Counted from the first letter of the stretch, positions 14,002 to 30,432 are shown. The stretch is DNA of 64,000 bases from Octopus sinensis (GCF_006345805.1 NC_043001.1:57102001-57166000), one strand, 5' to 3'. Numbers and translations are program-made. Notes: generated from the sequence alone by a model not told the origin.

Positions 14002-14642
14002 GTTTGTCTGCCTGTCTATCAGTCTGTCTGTCTAACCTCCCCTACCTTTATTCATCACTATCTCTCTCTATATATATCTCTCTGTGCATGCACGCACGCA
14101 GACTTATATGTACGAACGGATTCGTTATTAGGAACTGAAGCAGTATTGGTTCAGAGCAGAAATGTGTATATCTTACTTAAGGTGGATATACTGTAAGAAA
14201 ACCGCAATACTACGATACTCGTTTTGAGAAAGCATCTCTTATTGACGTATAGTGCTAAAGAAGACCATATTATCAGTAGCTATTTCACAGTTAATAATCA
14301 TTTTGTGTCTCGTAGCACTATACGTTATATGTCTGCACAAGATGCTTTGTGAGGATGAATGCCGCAGTATCGTTTCTTTCTTTAGTATATCCACATTAAA
14401 AATGATATACAGATTGGTTTCACTCTCTCTCTCTTATATATATATGTGCTTGTGAGAGAGAGAGAGAATGTGTTAGTGTGAGCGTGTGTGTGTGTGTGTG
14501 TGTGTGTGGAATACATTTTTTCCGTATAGCTGCAATCACACTTCCCCAGGCTCAAGTTGGTCTATGTACAATTGGTGGGTATACAACATTGTTTGCTGTA
14601 GGCTTATGTGCTCTTCAGCGTATTATTACTGCTCTATCCTGC

Positions 14643-14708
<66 letters not shown>

Positions 14709-15343
14709 ATAGTGTACTCACACTATGATGTGTGAGAATAAGTAGATCCTCTCCATTTCTTGAGAAATAAACAAATATATATAACACCCAGAAACCTTTA
14801 TACCATAAGTCTTATCGATATGATGAAAGGAGCAATCTCGCATGAGCGTTAGATTTTATTTCTTTACGAGAAAAGGATTACCATGACATCTGCAAACATC
14901 AACGTATTTCGATCGCTAAAGTTCCTCCCACAAATAAAAAAAATATTAAACTCTTCGTATCTGACCTGAATTATCTGATAAAAACAGTAATATTTCTAGA
15001 ATTCCTTCTAAAACATATTAGATAAGTATATTAAAATCCTTTAACTAATCCACCAAACATCCGTATATTTGCAGACTAGAACGAGCATATACAAGCTAAG
15101 TATTACGATGCAAGCTAAACACATGAGAAACATCATTGCTTTGATAACATATATTCTAAAAGAACGTATTCATCATTACATTCTGTATCACACTGATTCA
15201 CTCTGGTTTGTATGCTATAGATACAGGTGCGAGTGGAATACTGTGTACCTTCTCAACATTCAAACTTAAGATGTAGTTTGTTCTGCTAATCAAAAAATTA
15301 GTTTACACATACATTAGTTTACACATAAACAACTACACACGCA

Positions 15344-15395
<52 letters not shown>

Positions 15396-15418
15396 AAAGC
15401 TAAAGTTAGACATACGTA

Positions 15419-15966
15419 CGTCACTAAAGTGAACATAGGGCACTAATGAGTACCACTATTGCTAGAATTATGAATCAAAACAACTCAATAGCTACAAAAA
15501 CTTCTATTTTAATGAGCTGATGCAGATCATCGATTTTTTCGCATTTTGATGGTAAACCCATCTCAATACTCATCGGTGGCTCTAACCTTGCCTAGGGTTA
15601 ACCCCATCACGCTTTGTCAGCTTATAAGATATCTGTTGAAATCATATGCTGATTTCACAAACGGTTAAAGCGAAAATTATGAATCATATGTGTGGCTATT
15701 TCACAATTTTACAACCAAAATGCAGTAATATATTCGTCACTAAAGTGAACAAAGGGCGTTAATAAGCACCACCGTTAAAGAAATAAGAGTTAAAAGAAAA
15801 ATCTTAACTACAGATGTATCGATAATCTGGCTGTATCTGCGACGGTAGAGAGCTTGTCCCCCTTGTGAGCTCATCAAGATAGAGCTTCTGTGACCATTGA
15901 GTTGTTTTGACTCTTATTTATAGCAATACTAGTGATGATTAGTGTCCTTTGTTCAGTTTAGTGACG
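15419..15966. mobile_element. MITE/foldback-like element with ~100-bp imperfect TIRs
   Basis: CGTCACTAAAGTGAACATAGGGCACTAAT... at 15419 is inverted relative to ...ATTAGTGTCCTTTGTTCAGTTTAGTGACG ending at 15966. An extra partial left end starts at 15735. Confidence 0.6.
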
Positions 15967-16044
15967 TTTATATTTCTGCCCTTAGGCTGTAAAATTGCGA
16001 ATTAGCCACCCATATTATATATATATATATATATATTATATATA

Positions 16045-17906
<1,862 letters not shown>

Positions 17907-17924
17907 GTATATAGAGTTCAGATT

Positions 17925-18180
17925 TATAGAATGCGGAGACTGGTGTGGTTACAATAAGCAGGTGTGTTAGCTTGACGCTCAGGAAGACTAGTAAAATCTT
18001 TGAGGGTTGGAGCCGACGCTGTTCGACGGAAAAGGCTGAGAGGAACAAAATGCAGAGCGAAAGAGAAAGAATGGAGAGAGAAAAGAATGTGGGGTGAACA
18101 ACGGTTCAACATAATGAAATGACCGGAAGAAAGTGGCTGAATGAAAGCGAGGGAATAACAGTGACTCTGCCAAACTAGGC
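17925..18180 (-). mobile_element. Decayed Penelope-like 3' end/pLTR fragment
   Basis: Shares AAGCAGGTGTGTTAGCTTGACGCTCAGGAAG...GGAGCCGACGCT with the pLTR family at 23.2 and 42.8 kb. Confidence 0.5.
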
Positions 18181-21100
18181 TGCACGAACATGTGTGTATA
18201 TGTAAGAATGGCGTGTGTGAGTGTTTATGTGGGAGGCGAGTACGTGTGAATGTATCTGTAGGTGAGGTTAAAATTATGTGGGCTTACACACACACACACA
18301 CGCACACATACATACACACGCATACACTCACACACATATGTGTGTGTGTGTATATATATATATATTTATATATATATACATATCCTGTATGTGTACGTGT
18401 GTGTTAATGTATGTATATATACATCGCGTTCGTATCTACTTACCTATCTATTCATCTCTCTGTCTCTCTTTACTTATCTGTTTATAAATATATTTATGTA
18501 TGTGTGTGTTTGTGTGTGTGTGTGAGTACATGCGTGTACATATATATATATATTTCACTGAAAAGGAACGGAAGAAATAATGCCAAATGACTGAGTAACA
18601 TTACAATTAATATACAATTAATTACTTCAGCTGAAACTTGCAGGAATGAATTAAACCCTGGTCTTTAGAAGCACTAAAAATTCAACTCTCTATCATTCCA
18701 CTTTATATCTCTTATAATGTTTGCGCTGAATGGTTGCAGGATAAGTACTTGTGGTTCCTGAAGCCCAAGGTAAAAAACACACACCTAGCCGCTGATTTTA
18801 TATTCTTGAACAATAATCAAATGAACAATGTACTTAGGAATTGTATGCAACTGATGAAAATGGGTGTCTCTTCTTTTCCCAAAGAATCAGTTCCATCTTC
18901 AACAATCAATTTTATGTGTGCTATGTATATAAAAAAAATATATAGCTTCCTCTAATCATATGATGTAGCATTGTATTTATAAATTTGATGTCCGTTGCCC
19001 ATGTAATGTTTTCGATAATTGCCAGGCCTAGCGTTTGTAGGTAGTATTAGGCCTTTATGTGCAAAAAATATATCCTTTAGTTATATCTATGCTATATTGA
19101 CATGTATAGTGATTCTGTGTAGTATATATTGTTTGTTCATTCACTCCTTTTTGTTTGATACATTAATGATCTCCAATATTCTACTCATAGAAGGTAAGCA
19201 CTCACAAGGGTAAATATCTAGGTTGCATGCAAATATGATGCTTGTTTGGAGGGTTACAACTAAAGTGATATTGCATCTTAACTGGAGCGTGGATAGTTAA
19301 AGCTATCAGCAATCATGTTCACAATTTAAATAAAAAGAGTGAAGTGTGTCGTATAAGATACATTGAAGCAAATTAAACTTGGTGTATTTAGATAGATACT
19401 GCAACGGGATTGACAGGAAATTTGGGAGTCAGCAGAATAAGGATGAATGGAATCTAATAAGTAATAACCTGTATCTGTAGTTCTTATTGTTGTTGCTGTT
19501 GCTGTTGATGGTGTTGTAAATGGAGTTTCTTAGTCCCTAGTCAGCTCTATTTTGGCAAGACTATCAACAAAAGCATTTCACACGAGAGTAGTCTTTATAT
19601 AAGGCTGTGGAGGTTTCTGTTCTCTAATGTGACTTATTCTTATTTAATACATTCCAGTGTGATTTGAGGGAAAATGTTCTGCTCTTTCTAGCAAACCTGA
19701 AATTTATGTAGACGTCTATTTGATGGCTGACAAGTCATTCCTGAAATGTTTTTTTTATTTTTTTGCCAGACGTTTTTGTAAACGTTTCTGTTATTCCTAG
19801 AATAACTCTGAATTAATGTTTCTTAAAAGACTGATGCCATTAGTATGAAACCAGCAGCGACTGGCTTCTGATCAATCGAACTTATACAAAAAGAATTTTG
19901 TTCAATGTGGAGGCTAAGGGAATTTGTGATAAAGATCCAATTGATTATTGCACTCTCAATCGAATTTTATGTGGTATAAGTTTTCAGGATAAACCGGCAT
20001 TTGTTGTCTTACAAGTTGACTTTCTCATTGAAATGACTTAAAGAAAGAGACGTGTAAAGAGAGAAGCGATGAAGACGATGATGATGCTAATAAAATTTCC
20101 TTTGAAACTGATCAAGAATACTTAAGGAGGTGATATTCAAAGTCGCGATAACATTTGGTCCCACGATATAGCTATTATTCTTGTTTTCAAACGGTCCGTT
20201 TTGAAGTGTAATCTAAGATCTTTCTTAAGTAATTGTGTTTTCTGATCATATTTGCGTTAAATGATATACTCGGTTATATTGACATGTAATAATTTTTCTA
20301 TGAGTATGTTTATATTTTCATTTGGACTTCCATGGATAAGATAATCCCTAAGATTCCAAAATCCCCTTCATACTTAGAAGCAGGGGAAAAACTTCTCTAT
20401 AGAAATTTACTAACTAGCATTCCATCGGTTACAACAATGAGTGTTTCAGTTGATCTCATAAACAGAGCAGCATGTCCGTGAAATTAATGCAAGTATCTGA
20501 GAACTCCACAAATACGCGGGCCCTTACTTTAGTTCTTATGGAGATTCAGCCTAACATAGGAAGTGCCAAGCCTGGTCTTTTGAAATACAGGTACTACTCA
20601 TTTTCTTCGACGGAGTAGACTGGAGCAAGAACACAAGGTGCCGCCGGGAATCGAGCTTACGATATTACGATCGCGAACCGAATACCTCTAATCACTAAGC
20701 TACTGCTAAGCCACGTGCCTCCACCTAGTAATTAACTGTATTCTTAAACATACATTACTACTTTACAAAATTCGGCATATCACCCAAATAAATGAATAAC
20801 TGGTGTAAAAATGTAGACAAGATATGTATTTTGCAAATTCACTTCTTTACTGATTGATTTTTATTTGCCGCAATCATATCAACCTTTTCCGTGTTATATG
20901 GAACAAACATTGTGACTGTCAGAGTCGTCGAAATACCTGATGTAAATTTCGTGTTTTGTATATTTAGGATCGTCTCTTCAGGTACCTACTTCAAATTCTG
21001 CAACTGATATCAGCTTTGTATTTCCTCCATCTAGGTTGAGAAAATGAAATACCAGTTAAGCACATTGGTAAATATAATGGAATATAATTTCTGGCTATCT

Positions 21101-23129
21101 TCCAGACATCCTTATTGTAGATAACATTGCCAGGTGTCAGGAATATGCAACTTCAAAACATTCATCTTGAATAATTATCATCAAAGCCTGAATTCATTTC
21201 CCACACCACTCGTGTTTGCTTTTCATTCGTTCAAAGATGATAAAAGGATTAATAGTAAACGTACTGATACTAAATCACTCAATTAAATCTTCTACATATG
21301 TCCAACTTATGAAATACCTATTTAAATTATAAGAAGCGTTGTCCAACTGATGAAATACCAATTTAAATTATAAGAAATTGTATATTAAATGGAGTAGAAT
21401 TAGTTGAAACGGTGTGAGATAGAAGCTGTGAGTTATTTGTTCTCTGCATACTGAAATCTCCATGAAGTTCGACTTTGGTTTTCTTAATTCCAATAAAGTC
21501 GAAATAGTAGCATTTTAGCAGTAGACACGATTCTTAGCTCTCTTACTTTCTCTTGTACGCCGCTGTATGTGATGTGTTATTGGAGACCATTCAGATAATC
21601 TATTTCTACTTAAAAAAGCGGGTTTGAGCGATATCGCCTCATCTCTTAGCAAAAAGGAACGACAAATATCACTAATATACTTCTGAAACCCTTTAGTGAC
21701 GAGGTTATGTACATTACAAAACGGAAGAGAAATAAAGTAATATTAAATGTTGAACGATAAATTGCATAAATATATTTCATGATAAATTGCATGATTAGGT
21801 TTCGCATAAGATCGTTTGAATTAGTTTATATATTTAAAAAACAATATTAAAAAAAAAACTGCTGGCTTTCTTTGAAGTGCATGATACTACAAAGTGTGAT
21901 TCTTATAGCATTCGTTGTATTTGCTAGTATGCCAGGCTAGATCTGCCTGTATTAAGTTTTAAAAAATGCCGACACAAGATTTGTCTCAGTTTTAGTACTG
22001 ACATTTATTAACATAAATAGTGAAGAGCAATAAAGTTTTATGATATAAATCAGAGAGTTATGACCTTAAACTACAACGTTTAATAGCATCAATATTATGC
22101 TATTGAAACAGATTAAATATGTTACCGTATTAAGTACATTAACGTATTAAAGTAAATGTAAATGTACATTAATTCAAATTAATACAGATGTATTTCTCTC
22201 TCTCTCTCTCTCTCTCTTATTCTGTCTTTCACCTTTCCTCTCTTACTTTGATGTCTACATTACATAAATGATAGTGACAGTAAATCTCTCACTGTAATAT
22301 TTGCTTCTGTAACCCCTCGATTATCAGCCCACAAAGGAGCCACAAACTACACACTGACGACATAATTGGAATCTAAAAGATTTATGAGAATGTCATCATT
22401 AATGCATGATTATCCATCATATTATTATATAGTGTAATAAAAAAATATTAATAGATGATTTCATCTATTATCTATACTTGCTTTAAATTATCTTCATCAA
22501 TTACATGAATGTATTTCTAATTTAAGTGATTGTGAAAGGAGCGGATAACAAGGCCGTCTTTAGAGTAAACACACTCTGCATAATATTTGCTGTAGTGGGA
22601 CAGAATGACAGACATATTGTTAATAATTTTTGACAATTCTACTCCAAGCTTATCAAATTCTTATGAACTACACTGGGCAGCTGTAATTTCATTTCTCATC
22701 CGGACATTCACCTACTACGAGGGAAATAGCTTCTTGCAAAATTCATAATTGATATACATGCGAGCACACACAGATGTGGCCACTCTACGCGCATAAATGC
22801 ATGGTCAAAGACACCTCTCCCTATTTGCCCACGCATACTTACTCACACACACCCACTCACACGCACGCGCGCACACACAGGCAACTACCTACAGGCATAT
22901 AACGATATGCTGCATAATCGAACCAAGCGGAACAGAGTGTATTCAACGAGGTAACTTTTGAAAGGTTACCAGACGAAATACATCTGCACCGAAGGACATA
23001 CTATAACAAGTTTTGTAGTATACCACTCGAGATCGATCGATGCAAGATGGGTCGAAACGATCTTTGGGATCTATAAAGAATCTCACGAATTCCATTTTCT
23101 GTTTCTTTAATTAGTTATAGATATATATA

Positions 23130-23295
23130 GTCGAAATTTACAGAAAAACAATAGACGTAGACAGGTGTATAAACACAACAAGCAGGTGTATTAGTTTGAC
23201 GCTCGGGAAGGTGAGAATGTTTTTTGTTTCGAGCCTACGCTCTTTAACAGAAAGGACCGCGTGGAAATATACAGAGAGAGAATAAAAAAAAACTT
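23130..23295 (-). mobile_element. PLE pLTR-type short repeat with degenerate hammerhead-like core
   Basis: Minus strand reads CCTTT CTGTTAA AGAGC GTAG GCTC GAAAC. Siblings occur at 30177-30290 (+) and 42795-42955 (-). It shares its end with the PLE at 63075. Confidence 0.6.
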
Positions 23296-23318
23296 GTGTA
23301 TTTAGTGGTCAATCATGG

Positions 23319-23366
<48 letters not shown>

Positions 23367-23712
23367 CTAGGAACGGGTTTTCATTGGCAATCGATTCGAA
23401 TGACTTAAATATAATGAAGGTTGAGATGGCCCTTGCACAAAATGATACGATTTTGCAGTAGTAGCTATTTTTAGACAACTCATTGTTATGTCCACTAATT
23501 AATTAATGAGTGATTGAATCTTAACCAGTACTTGTGGCATACGTGCAAAATATCTGTGCGCGACAGCTAACAACATAGTCATCTCTCAATCTTTGTGTAT
23601 ATAAATACACACACACACGCGCACTTATATACACACACATGTACACGCTTATATGCGTATATGTATGTGTATAGAAGCGTGTATGTGTCTGTGTGTGGGA
23701 ACACATAAGTAC

Positions 23713-23754
<42 letters not shown>

Positions 23755-24561
23755 TGTTTAATGAAGACAGTATAGAGTTATGAGCTACCAGTAGTCTCAT
23801 ACATTAGAGATGATAAAATGATATCTCAGCAAGTTTTCATAACACCCCTTGTGAGGTCTTGCAATCTCCTGGCTCTGAGCAGATGGTCTATACAAATTAC
23901 AAATTAGGACAGTAGAACGAGAGAAATCATGATAAAAAAATGAGGGAAAGTAGTTGTAATAAGTAGAAGCATGAAAATAAACGGAAAAAAGAAGAAAAAA
24001 AATTAGAATCAAGTGCCTCTTGACTGTAAATCCATAAAACCACTTGGTGTACATGCAACAGAAGAGGTCTAACATCTGTGATACAACTACTTAATCTGAA
24101 TAGGGTTTTGTTCTCTAATTTGTGAAGAGAAACTTGTTTACGTGTTTGCATTTTCTGAAAATTCCTCATCTGGAATTCAGTAGTGCAGCTGAATTCTTAG
24201 ACCTAAAAAGGATCTGCGATATTTGAGCTACGCATATCTTGAATTTTTTTAGATCCCTTAACATATGGCGCGGTTTCTTCTGTGAATTCCACTTGAGTGT
24301 ATGTGGCGTGAAGTTCAATATCAAGTGTATGGGAACTGGTTGAATCGTGTTCCAAAAACACACACAACCACACACACATACATACTTATGCATGTGGATG
24401 GATATGTGTCTGTGCCTGTGATTGTGGTTGATCTCCGCTTGGCAACCGTTGTAGGTTTGTTTCTGTCTCGCAACTTAGTGCTTTAGCAATATCAATGATA
24501 AATATCAAGCTTAAAAGTAGCATTGTGATCGATTTGTTGGAATAAATCCATTCAAGGTAAC

Positions 24562-24820
24562 CACAGTGACATGCAACGTAACAAGATCCTTGTTTTATTT
24601 TGTCTCATTTGCAAAAGTTTCTCACTCTCTTACCCATTTCCTCCTATACACGATACTTTATTCAACATCACCACTCCTAGTCAATATGTAGAATAGAAAA
24701 GGTGGGAACTGTGAGTGTAGCCGATAAATCCCGTTCTGGCCGCCCGTCCGCTCTGATAAGAGAAGACAGGCGCATAGCTCATGATGAGTTGACAGAAAAC
24801 CTTGAAGTGATCCATTAAAA
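24562..24820 (+). repeat. Composite local duplication of 27014-27135 joined to 27938-28076
   Basis: 122 bp match 27014-27135 and 139 bp match 27938-28076 almost perfectly. The junction shares CA. Confidence 0.9.
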
Positions 24821-25454
24821 TGAGCTGGACAAACAAAAATAAAAATTCACACTCACACACACACACACAGACACCCTCACACATGCATATATATAATGTG
24901 CCTGTGTGTTTGTTTGTGTTTGTATGTGTGTGTATGCCTATATGAAATGTCTATTACACTGAAATATATATAGCTAGTCCATTAGATTTCCCTCTACTCC
25001 ATTGCATTCCAAAACAGATTCCAAGGAGGAATTTAGTTTTATTTGACATACTCCATTTTAAAGGTTTGGAGGGTAAAATTATTTTTAAAGTGCGGATACA
25101 TAGTGTCAGAGACGAAACTATAATATCCAATTATTTATTCACAATATCTTTCTGTTTTAGCTGCATAGTGATTACATAAATATCATGCGAAATTTAAAAG
25201 TCAGATGTAGATAAGTAGAAGACCTGAAATCTGGTTTCATTTGAAAGGGTTATCTAAAATGGTACAATAAAAATGATTACAAGAAGGATTTTTTAAGATT
25301 AATTTATCAAAGCTTTGAAAGCAAAATTAGATGAGGTTTACAGGCGTCAAACATAACCCTTAGAGATAAACGAAAATGTGAGAAATTTTAAAGAATATAA
25401 GGAAAAAAGCAATTAGTTTTAAATCTCTGAGCGAGAAATAAGTAGTAAGAGTAC

Positions 25455-25740
25455 TACAGGGCAAAGTATGATTTTGCAACGCAAAGTGGCAGTCATATTT
25501 AGGACGATGTTACTACCTTTTTTAGCCCCAGGAAAACATCTTTTTCAGCTGGCTATCGACGTACAACTGCGTCCTTATATCTCGCAGAAGTGCGGACTTT
25601 AGCTCCTTTGTTCGAGGTATAAAGACGCAGTTGTTCTTCGATAGCCAGCTGTAAAATATGTTTTCCTAGTGCTAAAAATGTAGTAATACCTTTCTATTCA
25701 GGACTGACATTTTACGTTGGCAAATAGATTTTACTCTATA
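25455..25740. mobile_element. Palindromic MITE-like element (possibly Tc1/mariner-type, TA-flanked)
   Basis: ~130-bp imperfect arms, e.g. CAGCTGGCTATCGACGTACAACTGCGTCCTTATATCTCG versus CGAGGTATAAAGACGCAGTTGTTCTTCGATAGCCAGCTG. Ends are TACAGGG.../...CTCTATA. Confidence 0.7.
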
Positions 25741-27188
25741 ATGAATATCTTATTGTCTTTTCTACGTCATGGTAGAGTGCTTCTACGGCCCTATTCTGCC
25801 TTTCGCTTTTGAAGTGATATACTGATTCCCACGGATCCTTTAAGCACTTCTCTGTTTTGCTAGTGTCGGGTCGTCAACTCTTCCGTTTCTTTCTGCTCAT
25901 GCATTGAGAATTAACAGTTCTTATTTTTTTCCTTTCTCTTCCCGGGAAAAGCAGGATTAAGTTTGTCCTGGTTAAGAAATATCACAATTTCAGATTGAAC
26001 TGCATATCGTCTTCCACTATTAGACAATCCAAGTTAGCATTGCACTAATAAACGATGAACTTGACTTTGAGTTCGTGGTAATAAATCCCTTGGTGCTGTT
26101 ACTGTAGTGGGTCCTACCGTTGTTCTTCCTGCTGTTGTTGTTTTCATTCTTGTTGTTGTCATAAAAATTGGTTTTGTTGTTAATATTGTTGCAGTACATA
26201 TTTATACTTTGTACGACATAGTAGGATGTGTCTTTGGGCTTGTTTTCAATGGCAGTCAAGTAATATTCCTCTTTAACGGAAGTGGTAGCTGATTTAATAA
26301 ACGATGAAGGTGGTGGGCATACAGGTACGTTTCCTGTATCCACTAGTTCCAGAGCTTTCTTAGCAGCAGTATAGGCCCTGGTGAAATCAGTGCTCTAAGA
26401 CCTATAGTATACATTCATTGATAGAAAACTACAGCATACATAGACCAAGTAGGGTCCCTAGATCCATGATAACTCTTGACACAGTGCCCTGAAATAATTT
26501 ATGTATTGATAGGAAATCAGGGCACACACAGATCAAAATTGGGCCCCTGGACTCCTGAGGTGTCAGAGCAATACTTTGGGTGTCCATATCATAAGACAAC
26601 ACCTCTAGCTAAAACTAATTTAGCCGCATTGGAAAATTAAACAAAATAATACAAAAGAGAAGCTTTGGAAAGGAGACAGAGCGTATCCCGTACTCAAACC
26701 ATCATGACAATTATTTCCGCAGGGGTGCAAACATTTTCAAAATGTAAACTAAACAACTTTTGACAACTCAGTGGATTTAACGTGTGCTGTCATAATGTTT
26801 ATAACGTACACAAAAGCACAATATACACAACCACACACTAATACACATACACGTGCACACAAACAGATATGTAGACGCATTTATATCAATTTTCAGATAA
26901 TGTGTTACTCATTGCCTAATTTTATTTTTTTTAAGCCGTTATCTTATATATTATTCTGCAATCACTGAAAGGCTAACACATCTACTACTTCGCGCTGCTC
27001 TTCGTCCCCAGAGCACAGTGACATGCAACGTAACAAGATCCTTGTTTTATTTTGTCTCATTTGCAAAAGTTTCTCACTCTCTTACCCATTTCCTCCTATA
27101 CACGATACTTTATTCAACATCACCACTCCTAGTCAGATGTTTATTGTGTCTCATGCAAAAGGAAAATCCTTTCGGTATTGTCATTTCA

Positions 27189-27379
27189 AATTACGAGACA
27201 CGTGAGGAATACCTTTTCTCTGTAGACAAAATTCAGTATGTGTGTGGTTATGCAAAGTATGCTTGTGTGTTTATGTGTGTGTATATATGTATGTATGTAT
27301 GTAGGAACATATATATATATATATGCATATATATATATATGTATGTATATATATATATAATATATATATATTTAATATA

Positions 27380-27446
<67 letters not shown>

Positions 27447-27629
27447 TTATACATACATATATATATATATACATACATATATATATATACTAGCAATTAC
27501 GAGACACGTGAGAAATACCTTTTCTCTGTAGACAAAATTCAGTATGTGTGTGGTTATGCAATGTATGCTTGTGTGTTTATGTGTGTGTATATATTTATGT
27601 ATGTATGTAGGAACATATATATATATGTA

Positions 27630-27722
<93 letters not shown>

Positions 27723-27760
27723 CATACATACATATATACATACATATATATATATATTAT
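27189..27760 (+). repeat. Two-copy tandem duplication (~306-bp period) including a (TA)n tract
   Basis: AATTACGAGACACGTGAG...GTAGGAACATATA begins at both 27189 and 27495. Confidence 0.85.
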
Positions 27761-27949
27761 AAAATGAGATAGGGGTTGAAAATTCAACCCACCATGGGAT
27801 AACATATATCCAATATACTGCTTATAATTTTATGAACTGAACTGTGTTTTTTATTATTTTTTATGTATATGTCTGATTTAAATTTAAATGTGAGTGTGCA
27901 TATATTTTCCTGTAGGTTAGTTTTGGAATTAGAAGCCCAATATTTAGAA

Positions 27950-28913
27950 TAGAAAAGGTGGGAACTGTGAGTGTAGCCGATAAATCCCGTTCTGGCCGCC
28001 CGTCCGCTCTGATAAGAGAAGACAGGCGCATAGCTCATGATGAGTTGACAGAAAACCTTGAAGTGATCCATTAAAAGTGCTTACAACATTGTCGAATCAC
28101 TTGGCTTTCCAAAAGTGTGTGCCCGTTGTGTACCGAGAGAGCTGACTACCGAACGCAAGACTGACACGGTCAATGTCTGCACTGAACTTCTCGAACAAAT
28201 CAAAGAGATAACACCTTCTTTCGAAGGCTCGTAACAGGTGATGAAACATGGGTTCATCATTATGAATTGGAATGAGAGAGGTAATCAATGGAATGGCGCC
28301 ATTTTAAATCACCATCACCGAAAAAGTTCAAGACGCAAAAGTCTGCTGGAAAAATCATGGCATCTGTCTTTTGGGATGCTGAAGGTGTCATTCTGGCCGA
28401 TTTCTTGCCAAAAGGAAAACAATAAACTCTGAGGCCTACATTGACAAGGCTCAGAGCAAGAATCCGACGAGTGAGACCCAACTTGCCAAACTTGCCATGT
28501 CCTTCTGCATGACAATGCTTGACCACACACACATGCGTCAGGACAAGAAAGACAATCGCCTCATTCAGGTGGACAACTTTATCGCATCCTCCATACTCAC
28601 CAGATTTAGCGCCTTCAAACCCATCTCTTCGGCCCCATGAAAGAGGGTTTGAGGGGTAAACATTATTCCAGTGACGATGAAGTGAAAACTGTATTGAAGT
28701 GGGTCAAAGAACAGCTAACAGAATTTTACGGGGCAGGGATACATGCTCTCATTCGAAGGTGGAACATTACTATTGAGAGAAACGGTAACTATGTTGAAAA
28801 CTAGGGATGTAATCCATTGAGGACCAGCTTCATTTTGATGTATGATGCGTGTTCCTCTGTTGGCAATTATACCTGTACAAAAGAAAACGGCATTACTTTT
28901 TGACTCACCCTCG

Positions 28914-28915
<2 letters not shown>
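27950..28915 (+). mobile_element. 5'-truncated, decayed mariner transposon (second family)
   Basis: Motifs KSRSGRP, LIREDRRI, KVCARCVPRELT, VTGDETWVHHY, LHDNA and HPPYSPDLAPS. The right TIR CATTACTTTTTGACTCACCCTCGTA ends at 28915. Confidence 0.9.
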
Positions 28916-28994
<79 letters not shown>

Positions 28995-30176
28995 GCATAT
29001 GTATAGGAAAAGTGTCTGTCTTAATGTTTATGTCTGCGTGCGCTTACCGAGTGAGTTTGTAGTGAGAATAGAAATTGAAAGAGATTAAAGAAGAAAGAGA
29101 GATTTTAAGTTGATTCCGCGTAGATTTAACGACTAAAACAACTTTACAATTTTGCATATGGTAGATATTCTATAATTTGGAACAGAAAGTTGAACATTCA
29201 ACAAGATAGGCAGGAAAAGCTGTGCTGTCATAAACATTATTGAAGAGAGTTAAGAACAGCCGTGCGAGGGCAGAAGGTTGAAACAGAATCTGCTGCTCTG
29301 AACTGTCACCCACAAAAGTTACAGATTAAATTGTTGATTGCGCTTATAAGATAAATTACATACGGCTGTACATCTGACAAAGACAGTCTCAATAGTTTAA
29401 GACTAATAAACAGTTGCCTTCATTGGAAATGAAAATTAGTTTTGTTGATTTTAGGAAAAAGAAAACAGCATGGAAGAGGGAGAGGGAAAGAGCGGAGGAG
29501 GAGAAAGAGTAAAGAAGGAAAGAATGAATGAGCGAGATAAGGAGCCTAGCTAACATTCAGTAATGCAGAGCCTATTTAGTTATTTCGCTGTTAATTATGA
29601 CGTTATAACAAATTAAAGATTAAAGTGTTGTATTTTATATTGTTTTCTAACATGGGCATGCTGTCATAATATTGAGGATTAAATCGACTTCGTTCCTCAG
29701 TTGGTATTTATTTTATCGATCCAGTTCAGATTTTTAAGTTTGAACATTGAGGGAAGCAACAAATTATCTTTAACATTTTGTTCCTAACTCAAGCGATCCT
29801 GTCAATCCATAGCAAGTTGTTTAAAGTGTAAACAATGGGGGAAAACATAGCAGTGTTGTTAAAATTCTATTCTCAGAACTGTCTTTTGCTATTTGAACCC
29901 ATTGCAGTATACCTCGCATCAACAAGACTCGAGAATGTAATTTGATGTGGAGTATACATATAATATATATGATATGGTATAATATAATGTAATATAATAT
30001 AATATAATATAATATAATATAATATTATATATATTTAAAATAATAAGGGTAAAATATTGAATATTAATTTGATTAATATCAATTTAAAGCCAGTGGTCTA
30101 GCATATCAAAATCTGAAGGTTCAGAAAATTACATTAGATACGTATATGTATGTAATATTATATATATATATATATA

Positions 30177-30290
30177 TAGGCTCGAAACGTAAAAGTCTTT
30201 TTTCTATTCCTGAGCGTTATCCTAATACATCTGTTTGTTTTATACACCACCTGTCTTCGTCTTTTGTTTTTTTCCTGAACTCTCCCTATA
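30177..30290 (+). mobile_element. PLE pLTR-type short repeat (3' half of a hammerhead-like motif)
   Basis: TAGGCTCGAAACGTAAAAG...ACACCACCTGTCTTCGTCTTTTG; same family as 23.2 kb; embedded in (TA)n. Confidence 0.6.
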
Positions 30291-30298
30291 TATATATA

Positions 30299-30366
<68 letters not shown>

Positions 30367-30432
30367 CCGGAGTAAGCTCATAAATGCGAAAGAAGTTGGA
30401 AAAATAGTACTAGAATACCAGAGGTAGATTAA

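Noticed and set aside
14815-14855. ATGATGA-AAGGAGCAATCTC-GCATGAGCGTT, resembling a ruined hammerhead
   Set aside because: Too many core changes, no stem I, and no second copy to support a consensus
20968-21040. Exon-like DRLFRYLLQILQLISALYFLH, vaguely kinase subdomain VIa
   Set aside because: It hits a stop immediately, has no HRD or other kinase motif, and has no partner exons
26020-26343. 107-aa minus-strand ORF
   Set aside because: Asn/Thr-rich low complexity derived from (AAC)n-like sequence, with no recognisable domain
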